IMG/VR virus record: IMGVR_UViG_3300012944_000024 | Coordinates: 1-64,000 of that record | Length of the DNA stretch: 64,000 bases | Strand: one strand, 5' to 3' | Source of the DNA: a virus | Shown here: piece after piece, positions 54,529-61,825 of the stretch | How the letters are laid out: each line of letters begins with the position of its first letter | Position numbering within the stretch: position 1 is the stretch's first letter | Translations under genes and position numbers: made by a program | Notes under the pieces: model-generated | What the model saw: the letters and a program-made list of their open reading frames with translations, nothing else | Database searches by the model: none | What the model was told of the DNA's origin: nothing

Positions 54529-55123
54529 TGCTCGAGCCATCGCGGAGCGCGTCGACACTCACCCGCTCGATCAGCGCCTGCCACTCCACCCCGCCCGCGT
54601 GCCGGTGCGGGACCGCCATGAGCCGGAACTTCATCCGCTCGGCCGGGTCGTCCCCGCGCCCGTCCTCCTGGACCTCCCAGTAGAAGTCGAGCGGCTCGGG
54701 CAGCCCCTTGGCGTCCAGGCGCGCGGGCAGGCAGTGTGCGCTCGAGGGGCGCGGGGGATCGTGGTCCCACGCGAACTCGGCCGAAGGGATCGCGATCCCC
54801 CGAAGCTGATCGGAGGTGAAGAGGGCGGAGATCTCCGTCACCCGCATCGACCCCACCGGCAGGACCCCGCCGGAGAAGAACCGATAGGAGACGTTGTCCA
54901 GGCTCACCACCTTGGGGGTGGGGAGGATCTCCAGCCGCGCGACCTGCCTCTCCCGCCCCTCGCCGCGCTCCTCGCCCGCCCAGCGCGTCCACACCAGCCA
55001 GACCCGATAACTCCTAACCCCAAACCTTGTGGCGAATTGTCGAAGACGGTCGACGCGCGGGGCGAGCCGGTGGGCGAGCGTGTTGGACGCCTGGCGCGGG
55101 GTGAGGGGCCGGGGGCGCGGCAT
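54509..55123 (-). CDS. Head closure / head-tail joining protein
   Basis: Position after adaptor; LEILPTPKV...G.LP.G.MRVTEIS. Confidence 0.65.
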   Translation of the reverse strand: MPRPRPLTPRQASNTLAHRLAPRVDRLRQFATRFGVRSYRVWLVWTRWAGEERGEGRERQVARLEILPTPKVVSLDNVSYRFFSGGVLPVGSMRVTEISALFTSDQLRGIAIPSAEFAWDHDPPRPSSAHCLPARLDAKGLPEPLDFYWEVQEDGRGDDPAERMKFRLMAVPHRHAGGVEWQALIERVSVDALRDGSSTSGYDP

Positions 55124-55124
55124 C

Positions 55125-55400
55125 TCAGTGGCAGCTCGCCGCCGCCTTCTCCTCGCCGACCTTCTTCGCCACGCTCTGCGCGAGCGCCTGGACCGCGCCC
55201 TGCTTGTCGGCACCAATGTGGCAGTCCGAGAGGATCTGCATCACCGGCTCGCCGTAGTGCTCGACCACGCACGCCGCCTCCACCACCGTGAGGACCGCGA
55301 CGGGCGCGACCTGCGCGGCGAGCGGACAGCCCGCCTGCACCACCACGATCCCCGCGCACGCGACGACCAGCGCCAAGTTCATCATCAGGCTGTGCTTCAT
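55125..55400 (-). CDS. Small lipoprotein-like protein
   Basis: Hydrophobic N-terminus ending QAGC; AGGAG RBS. Confidence 0.6.
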   Translation of the reverse strand: MKHSLMMNLALVVACAGIVVVQAGCPLAAQVAPVAVLTVVEAACVVEHYGEPVMQILSDCHIGADKQGAVQALAQSVAKKVGEEKAAASCH

Positions 55401-55410
55401 GGTCCGTCTC

Positions 55411-55824
55411 CTATCCGTGCGAGCGGCGCGCGTTGACCCCGCCGGTCTGCATATAAAATCGCTGGTCGTACGGGTTGGGGATGATACCGAAGAGGTTCGC
55501 GAGGCTCGCGCGCCACCGCATGTACCCCGCGTTGCCCCAGAGCTGCCGGTGCTCGTCCTTGTTGATCTCGATCTCGTCGATCTTCGTGACCGCCATCAGC
55601 TCGTAATCCTCGACCCCCTGGCACTCGATGCGCTCGAGGATCTCCAGGTGCCGCCGCACCTCCGGGGCCGCGGCGGGCAAGAGCTTGTCCATCGACACCT
55701 CGATCGGGAACTGCGACTGCACCGACGCGGGCACCCCGAGGGCGAAGGTGTAGGTGAGCTGGCCTTGTTGGTACCCGAGATGGTGCCTGATCTTCACTTT
55801 CTCTTCGTCGGTGAAGATCGTCAC
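55411..55824 (-). CDS. Head-tail adaptor
   Basis: FTDEEKVKIRHHLGY...LANLFGI. Confidence 0.75.
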   Translation of the reverse strand: MTIFTDEEKVKIRHHLGYQQGQLTYTFALGVPASVQSQFPIEVSMDKLLPAAAPEVRRHLEILERIECQGVEDYELMAVTKIDEIEINKDEHRQLWGNAGYMRWRASLANLFGIIPNPYDQRFYMQTGGVNARRSHG

Positions 55825-55828
55825 CGGC

Positions 55829-56176
55829 CTAGCCCGCCGTGGTCGGAACCGGGTCGGGCGCGAACGTCTCCTCGGGCTCCTCGCTCTCGTCGGCGATGAG
55901 CTCGAGTTTGATGCCCTGCTTCTTCAGGCCCGCGATGTCGTAGCAAAGCTCGCTGACCTCCTTGCCCGCGCGCAGCGCGGTGCGCGCGTTGTTGAACATC
56001 ACCATCCCGCCGTTCAAGACCCGGTAGCGTTTCGCCTTCGGGCCCACCCCGCGCCCCAGAAAAGGCGTGGGGGTCGGGGGGACGATCTGACCCTGCGGGG
56101 ACGGCATCCCGCTCGCCCCGCCCGGCATCTTCGCCAGAGCCCCTTCCGTACCCACCGCGTTCGGCTTGTTTCGCAT
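55829..56176 (-). CDS. Hypothetical protein downstream of capsid
   Basis: GGAGG RBS; KRYRV...LKKQGIKLE. Confidence 0.7.
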   Translation of the reverse strand: MRNKPNAVGTEGALAKMPGGASGMPSPQGQIVPPTPTPFLGRGVGPKAKRYRVLNGGMVMFNNARTALRAGKEVSELCYDIAGLKKQGIKLELIADESEEPEETFAPDPVPTTAG

Positions 56177-56208
56177 CGTCGTCGTGCCTCCGGGGCCCAA
56201 GATACACG

Positions 56209-56243
56209 AAGGCCCGGTCGCCCTTGAAAGAACACCGGGCCTT
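56209..56243 (-). terminator. Stem-loop after major capsid gene
   Basis: AAGGCCCGGT-N15-ACCGGGCCTT, weak U-tract. Confidence 0.4.
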
Positions 56244-56265
56244 GCGCGTCGTAGGTGTAGTGGCT

Positions 56266-56281
56266 GGGAACCCGGGTTCCC
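56266..56281. repeat. 16-bp palindrome copy 12
   Basis: Exact, extends to 22 bp; 10 nt after capsid stop. Confidence 0.98.
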
Positions 56282-56291
56282 AGCACTCAGA

Positions 56292-57701
56292 TCACATGGC
56301 GTGTTCCACGACCAGGGCGCGTTTGAACCTCTCCGGCCCCGACGGGCCGGTCACGTCGCTCGGCACCGGGAAGCAGGTCGTGATGCTCCACGTGCTCGAG
56401 ACGACCTGCTGCAGCCGGTCGAGCGGGGCGCGCAGGATCAGGCGGATGCGCTCGGTGAGGATCTTGATCCCGTTGTTGACAACGTCGAATGTCCCCGTCT
56501 TGCCCGTCAGGCCCGCCTCGGTCACGAAGTCGGACTCGTCGAGGTAGCGCTCGTAGAGCGCCCCCTTGCCGGTCACGATGACGCGGTCGATGTCGACGCC
56601 CTGGTCGTTCGTCGTCTCGGCGCCGATCTCGGCCGAGTACTGCGCGAAGTTCGGGCCCGTGAAGACCCTCGGTCCCCCGTTGCTCGCGTTGAACGGGTCG
56701 GGCGACTCGTTGTTCATGAAGAACATGATCCCCGAGATGTGGCCGATGAAGCCGCTCGAGTACATCGCCCCTTCGGGCAGCGCGGTGTTGAGGCGCTGCA
56801 GCACCGGGTCGGTGAAGATCTGCGCGTTCGCGAGCGGCGAGATGTGCGCGTGGTAGTAGCCGTCCTCGTGGGGCATCACGTTGCCGCGCCGAAGCAGCGC
56901 GACCGCGTTGATGCAGTCCTGCAGGGTGACGGTGTCGCCCGAGCCGATCGCGTCGATCGTCGCCCCCCCGCCGCTGCGCACGATGCGCGGCGCGTAGGTG
57001 CTCTTGAGGCTCGTGCGGGCCGCGAACACCGCCCCCACCGCCGCGGCGAGCGTCAGGGTGCCGGGGCCGAACGGATCGGTCGGGTCGTCGGGAACGAACC
57101 CGGTGACCTGCACCGTGATGGTGCCGGCGACACCGACGACGCCGAGCGTCGCGGAGAGGGGCGAGGCCGGCGAGACCGGCTTGGGGGCCACGTTGACGCC
57201 AGGCACGATCACGTCGGTGAACCCGTTGAGGCTCGCGACGTGCACCTGCGTGTCGGTCGTGAGGGTCGCGACGTTGATGACCGTGTTGCCCGACAGGTAC
57301 GCCAGGAAGAGTGAGTTTCGGGCGACGCGGTTGATGCTCTGCCCCGCCCCGATGCCCAGCTGCTGGATGTTGCGCATCAGCAGCGAGGCCGCCGCCGTCA
57401 CGCTCGTCGGCATGTTCGTGTCGACCGTGTCGGAGTACTGCTGGATCACGCTCGTCCACTGCTCGTAGATCACCGTCGAGGGCTGAGGGTCCTGGCCCGG
57501 CACGAGCGGCTTGGTCTTGGGGGTGAGGAGACCGGGGCGCGTCTGGTTCAGCGTCTCGCCCGTGTTGGCCTGGACCTGCTCGGCGAGCGCCTCGGCGCGG
57601 TACGCGAAGTTGGGGACGAGCCCATCGTGGAAGGCGCGCTCGAGCGCGCCTTGCTGGTGGAGCTCCTGCATGTACGGGGGGACGAGGAGGATGACGGACA
57701 T
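56292..57701 (-). CDS. Major capsid protein (469 aa, with insertion domain)
   Basis: Follows scaffold; QYSDTVDT, AGQSINRVARN, YHAHISP, RAPLDRLQQ pattern. Confidence 0.85.
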   Translation of the reverse strand: MSVILLVPPYMQELHQQGALERAFHDGLVPNFAYRAEALAEQVQANTGETLNQTRPGLLTPKTKPLVPGQDPQPSTVIYEQWTSVIQQYSDTVDTNMPTSVTAAASLLMRNIQQLGIGAGQSINRVARNSLFLAYLSGNTVINVATLTTDTQVHVASLNGFTDVIVPGVNVAPKPVSPASPLSATLGVVGVAGTITVQVTGFVPDDPTDPFGPGTLTLAAAVGAVFAARTSLKSTYAPRIVRSGGGATIDAIGSGDTVTLQDCINAVALLRRGNVMPHEDGYYHAHISPLANAQIFTDPVLQRLNTALPEGAMYSSGFIGHISGIMFFMNNESPDPFNASNGGPRVFTGPNFAQYSAEIGAETTNDQGVDIDRVIVTGKGALYERYLDESDFVTEAGLTGKTGTFDVVNNGIKILTERIRLILRAPLDRLQQVVSSTWSITTCFPVPSDVTGPSGPERFKRALVVEHAM

Positions 57702-57992
57702 GGGAATCTTTCGTGGGGAGGGTGGAGGATCGCGCCCGCACGCCTTCCCTGCCGATCCGACGCCCTCGTCCCCGATCCGCCTGTTGACCGCCGGCGTGCG
57801 CGTTGGGGATTCTTCGTCGCTCTCGCAGGGCCTGGCCGCGGCGGCCTGAAACCTGATCTCCAGGCGAGCGTCCCCGATCGCCGATCGCGAGCGCAAGAAA
57901 AACGAAGGGCCGGGACCCTCGCGGATCCCGGCCCCGGTGCGTGGGTGCACCCACCTGGCAGGAGCCTATCCCCGCCACTCTGGCTGGTTAGT

Positions 57993-58859
57993 TCAGGTGT
58001 AGCCGTTGGCCTTCTTCCACTCGCGGACCTCGACGGCGTTCATCGAGTTGGGCTGGCCCGGCTTGAGCGTCTTGCCCTGAAACTTCCCCGTCGTGATGAC
58101 CGGCGCGGGCTTGTTGTCCCCACCGCCCTGCGGGTTGGCCCCGCCCGTCACGAGCGGGACCCGCTCCGTCTGGGTCGTGGGGGCGGGCGCTTCCTTCTTC
58201 GCAAACTCGGGGTTTTCTTTCACGTACTCAGCTAGGAAGTCGCGGATCTCCTTCTCTGAGTCCTTCTCGCTCATCGCGTCGAGCTGCTCGACGGTGAACT
58301 TACCGGCCAAGTGGGTGGAGAGCTCGCCCTTCACGTACCGCCAGTGCTTGGGGGCGATGTACTCGACCGCCACCGCCTTCACCTCTTCGCCCGCCTGGGC
58401 GACGATCGCGTTCTCCTCGATCTCCAGGACCCGCTCCTCGGCCGCGCTCGCGCGCTCCTTGGCGATCCGGGCCTCCTCCTTCGCGCGCTCGATCTCCCCG
58501 AGCCCCGCGAGCCGGGCCGCCTCGGCCTTCTCCTCGAGCTGCTTGCGCTTCGTCTCGTTGCCCTTGATCGTCTCGGCGTCGTCGGTGCCGAGCAGCTCCT
58601 TGAGCTTCGCGGACGTGTTCTTCTTGCTCGCCCGGTCGATGCGGTCGGCGAGCTGCTTGCTCGTCAGGACGATCTTCTCGCCCGGCCTCGGCTCCTCCTC
58701 GTCGCCGATCTCGCGCGGCGCCGCGGGGGCCTGGGTGGCGCCCGCCGGAGCTGGGGGAGGGGGTGGCGGAGAAGGCGGGGCGCCCGCCCCAGGCGCGGCT
58801 CCGCCCGCGGGCGGCTGGCCACCAGCGGGCGGGGGATTCGGATCGGTTGTGGTCGTCAT
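57993..58859 (-). CDS. Capsid scaffolding protein
   Basis: Pro-rich N-terminus, charged coiled coil, KENPEF; GGAGG RBS; upstream of capsid. Confidence 0.8.
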   Translation of the reverse strand: MTTTTDPNPPPAGGQPPAGGAAPGAGAPPSPPPPPPAPAGATQAPAAPREIGDEEEPRPGEKIVLTSKQLADRIDRASKKNTSAKLKELLGTDDAETIKGNETKRKQLEEKAEAARLAGLGEIERAKEEARIAKERASAAEERVLEIEENAIVAQAGEEVKAVAVEYIAPKHWRYVKGELSTHLAGKFTVEQLDAMSEKDSEKEIRDFLAEYVKENPEFAKKEAPAPTTQTERVPLVTGGANPQGGGDNKPAPVITTGKFQGKTLKPGQPNSMNAVEVREWKKANGYT

Positions 58860-58933
58860 GCGTCGATTCCTCCAGGGTTCTCGCGTCGCGTACCCCCGCG
58901 CGCGTCTGCGCGGGGGCTTGTCCTGTCTGGGCT

Positions 58934-58949
58934 GGGAACCCGGGTTCCC
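58934..58949. repeat. 16-bp palindrome copy 13
   Basis: Exact; 11 nt after stop at 58961. Confidence 0.98.
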
Positions 58950-58960
58950 AGGTCGCCCGA

Positions 58961-59755
58961 TCAGAAGTTCGGGCTGGGCGCCTCGAGCACCGCGTTCAGG
59001 TCGACGCCGCCCGATCCGGCGGGCGCGCCGCCGTTGCTATTCGGGATCGAGCCCGACGCGATCCCGAGCTTCACGCGCACCTGCGTGACCACGTCGGCGA
59101 TGCGAAACTGCAGCTGCATCTTGTTGGCCGAGAGGTTCGCGTTGAGCGTCGTGGCCGGCGCGCCGCCCGGCACCAGCACCGCGCACTTGCCCACGTTGGT
59201 GCCGGCGAGGATCTCCGCCTCGAGCATCGAGACCACCCCAGGGGCCGCGTTCGCGCCCGGGGCCGCCGCGCCCGCGTACTTCGCGGGGATCAGCCCGACC
59301 CCGGTGCCCGGCACGACGCTGAGCGTGAGCTCGACCACGTCCTGCTTCTGCACCGCGTAGTCGAGATCCACGTCGTTGTAGGCGTCGGTCGTCAGGAACA
59401 TCAGGTCGCCGCTCGGCGAGATCCCCACCGTCCCGGTCGTCGGGGTCGTCCCGTAGGGGGTCTTGGCGGTCAGCTCCCCGAGCGTGCCCGTCGAGGTCGA
59501 TGCGTCCTGGGCGCGCGCGTAGACGCGCGAGATGCTCCTCGCCTTCGCGTCGTCGGGCAGGGTGATGACCTTGCAGGTCGCCACCCCCACGTACGGGTTG
59601 GCGGCGCCGCCGAATGCGTTCTGCCGGCGCAAGCCGACTTCGCTCTGGCGGAGGAAGGTGCCGAACCCGACCAGCCGCAGCATGTCGGCGAGCGTGTTCG
59701 CGCCGGCCGCGTTCAATCGCGCGACGAGTCCCTGAGCTGCGGTCGAGATGGTCAT
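58961..59755 (-). CDS. Virion structural protein (head-associated?)
   Basis: 264 aa Gly/Thr/Ala-rich; AGGAG RBS. Confidence 0.65.
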   Translation of the reverse strand: MTISTAAQGLVARLNAAGANTLADMLRLVGFGTFLRQSEVGLRRQNAFGGAANPYVGVATCKVITLPDDAKARSISRVYARAQDASTSTGTLGELTAKTPYGTTPTTGTVGISPSGDLMFLTTDAYNDVDLDYAVQKQDVVELTLSVVPGTGVGLIPAKYAGAAAPGANAAPGVVSMLEAEILAGTNVGKCAVLVPGGAPATTLNANLSANKMQLQFRIADVVTQVRVKLGIASGSIPNSNGGAPAGSGGVDLNAVLEAPSPNF

Positions 59756-59829
59756 TCGAATCGTCTCCTGGTCGTTGTGACGCGAGGCTAGACCTCAGAG
59801 CTGGCGCTGCGCGAAAAAGCCGTCAGCCT

Positions 59830-60258
59830 TCACAGCTGACCCGACGCAAAATACTCGATCTGCCCCGATCCCTGGACCTCGAGCAGCGTGATCCAGAAGC
59901 CGTCCGGCGCGTCCGCCTCGTGGAGGAAGATCCCATTGCTCGGCAGGACCGCGACGATCGACCCGCCCGCGGGGTTGCGGTAGGTAATGCGGAACTGGAA
60001 GAGCCCCGCCTTGACCCGCATGTAGACCGTGTCGGCCTGGGTGACATCGTCGGTCGCCCCGACCCCGCTGAGCGCGACGAACGCGCTCGGCGAGTTGACG
60101 TTGCGCGTCTTGGCCCCCGTCGAGACGGGCGAGGGCTTTGGGCACGGGGCGCCGAGCTGCCCGAACGGCACGCTCGTCGTCGCGCTCGGGAAGCCGGGCG
60201 CCTCGCACCCCGCGGGGGGCGCCTCGGTGAGCGTGCCGGAGATCTGGACCGTCCCCAC
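59830..60258 (-). CDS. Virion structural protein
   Basis: 142 aa beta-rich ORF in head module. Confidence 0.65.
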   Translation of the reverse strand: MGTVQISGTLTEAPPAGCEAPGFPSATTSVPFGQLGAPCPKPSPVSTGAKTRNVNSPSAFVALSGVGATDDVTQADTVYMRVKAGLFQFRITYRNPAGGSIVAVLPSNGIFLHEADAPDGFWITLLEVQGSGQIEYFASGQL

Positions 60259-60262
60259 GCGC

Positions 60263-60616
60263 TCACTCGCTCGTGTCGGCGGTCGGCTCGTTGGGGATGT
60301 CGCCCACCGGGCCCCCGTCCTCGACGTCGGAGTTTTTCGCGGGCGCGGCGGTGGAGCCGCCGAGCTTGAAGGGCTTGTGCTTCTGGCCCGCCGGGGTCGT
60401 GCCGATCATGCCGCCGCGATCGCTGGGAGGATCCATGTGCAGGGTCCGGCCGCCGTCGGCAACGCTGTCCGCGTTGAAGTCGGGCGGCCCTGACTTCTGG
60501 GGGCGGTCGGGGCCGCGCTGGTTGGTCATCCCCGCGCTCTTGCCCGCGTCGGAGTTGCCGACCGCGCCGCTCTTGCCGTCGGGGGAAAATGGGTTGGACT
60601 TGCCGTCTGCGTTCAT
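60263..60616 (-). CDS. Disordered protein with KHKPFKL motif
   Basis: GAGGAG RBS; low complexity. Confidence 0.6.
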   Translation of the reverse strand: MNADGKSNPFSPDGKSGAVGNSDAGKSAGMTNQRGPDRPQKSGPPDFNADSVADGGRTLHMDPPSDRGGMIGTTPAGQKHKPFKLGGSTAAPAKNSDVEDGGPVGDIPNEPTADTSE

Positions 60617-60644
60617 GGGGGTGCTCCTCGAACTCGAGTCTACC

Positions 60645-60660
60645 GGGAACCCGGGTTCCC
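60645..60660. repeat. 16-bp palindrome copy 14
   Basis: Exact; 5 nt after stop at 60666. Confidence 0.98.
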
Positions 60661-60665
60661 AGGCA

Positions 60666-60935
60666 TCAGACCTTGAACGGCTTGTGTCCGTTCTTCGCAG
60701 CGGGCCAGGGGATCGCGGGCTTGTAGACCGGCCGGCCCCCATCGTCGGTGGGCGAGCTCGCCAGCCCCCCGACCTCCCCGTCCGCAGTCATCACCTCCGC
60801 GCCGGCCTCGGCGAGCGTGACGCCCTCGTCGTCGGCCCGCTCCTGCGCGGCCCCGGCGCTCTGCGGCTTCTGCGCAGGCGCCTCGCCGACGTTGCGCCCC
60901 GCGGGCGCGGAGAGGTTGAACGGCTTGCGGGGCAT
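60666..60935 (-). CDS. Disordered protein with RKPFNL/HKPFKV motifs
   Basis: 89 aa, starts 5 nt after upstream stop. Confidence 0.6.
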   Translation of the reverse strand: MPRKPFNLSAPAGRNVGEAPAQKPQSAGAAQERADDEGVTLAEAGAEVMTADGEVGGLASSPTDDGGRPVYKPAIPWPAAKNGHKPFKV

Positions 60936-60940
60936 CGCGC

Positions 60941-61582
60941 TTACGGGTGCTCCGTAACCGAGAGCCCCGCGGCCGCGCCCGTCGAGCCCGTCCCGAGCGT
61001 CGCGGTCGCGTCCCCCGCGGTCGTGACGAGCGAGAAGGTCGCGGCGGTCCCCGGGACCAGACCGGTCACCTCGAGCGAGATGGAGCCGTTGAAGGGCGGG
61101 GCGCCGGCCGCGCCCGTGTAGGTCCCCAGAGCCGCGATGACGGTCGCGCCCTGCTTGAGCAGCACCCGGATCGTCCCCGAGGCGAGCGGGGCGAACGAGA
61201 AGAACGACTTGACCGTCGCGTTGGGGGAGCTCTTCGGGGTGTAGGCGACGTTCGGGGTGATGGCGGCAGCCGCCACGACCGTCCCGCCCGCGACCGCCTG
61301 GGACGAGGCGACGTTGCCCCCCTCGTTGCTCGAGGAGGCCGCCACCGCGGCGATCATGATCGCATCGATCTCGGTCGGCTGGGCGCCCTGCTTCTTCTTC
61401 TTGGTCGCGATCACTGCGCCGGCGGCGGCCGCCGCGTTCGTCGAAGGGACGAGCTGGCCGCCCGCCGAGAGGATGGGGGCGGTGGGGGTGAGGGCGTCGT
61501 TGATCAGCTCCCCGGCCGAGAGGACGGTCGCGCCGTTCGGGCCCTTCATGCGGGTCGTATTCAGCAGGTACCAGCTCGCCAT
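60941..61582 (-). CDS. Virion structural protein
   Basis: 213 aa Ala/Thr-rich; GGGAG RBS. Confidence 0.65.
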   Translation of the reverse strand: MASWYLLNTTRMKGPNGATVLSAGELINDALTPTAPILSAGGQLVPSTNAAAAAGAVIATKKKKQGAQPTEIDAIMIAAVAASSSNEGGNVASSQAVAGGTVVAAAAITPNVAYTPKSSPNATVKSFFSFAPLASGTIRVLLKQGATVIAALGTYTGAAGAPPFNGSISLEVTGLVPGTAATFSLVTTAGDATATLGTGSTGAAAGLSVTEHP

Positions 61583-61645
61583 TGGGTAGCTCCCTCGAGC
61601 ACGAGAGGTACCAGCGCGCCGCCCGTGGCAGCAAGAAGCGGCCCG

Positions 61646-61825
61646 CTAAAGCCAGCCTGGGAGAGCCCTTCGGATCAACCCTTCGAAGACATCGTCCTGC
61701 CCGCCGCTTGCCTCATCGGTGGCTTTCCAGAGCCGGTCAAATTCCACCTTGGTCCACCGACCCTCGGCGATCAGTCGGTCGGCCTCCTCTGCGATCGCGT
61801 TGAGTGCGTCTGCGTCGAACCCCAT
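61646..61825 (-). CDS. Small acidic protein, candidate immunity protein for MuF peptidase
   Basis: 59 aa, TGATG overlap with MuF stop; GGCATAG box 10 nt upstream. Confidence 0.55.
   Translation of the reverse strand: MGFDADALNAIAEEADRLIAEGRWTKVEFDRLWKATDEASGGQDDVFEGLIRRALPGWL

Noticed and set aside
506-60660. 16-bp palindromes as a CRISPR array, REP/MITE or intrinsic terminators
   Set aside because: Spaced kilobases apart, no cas genes or transposase, no target duplications, no U-tracts, and eight lie inside genes
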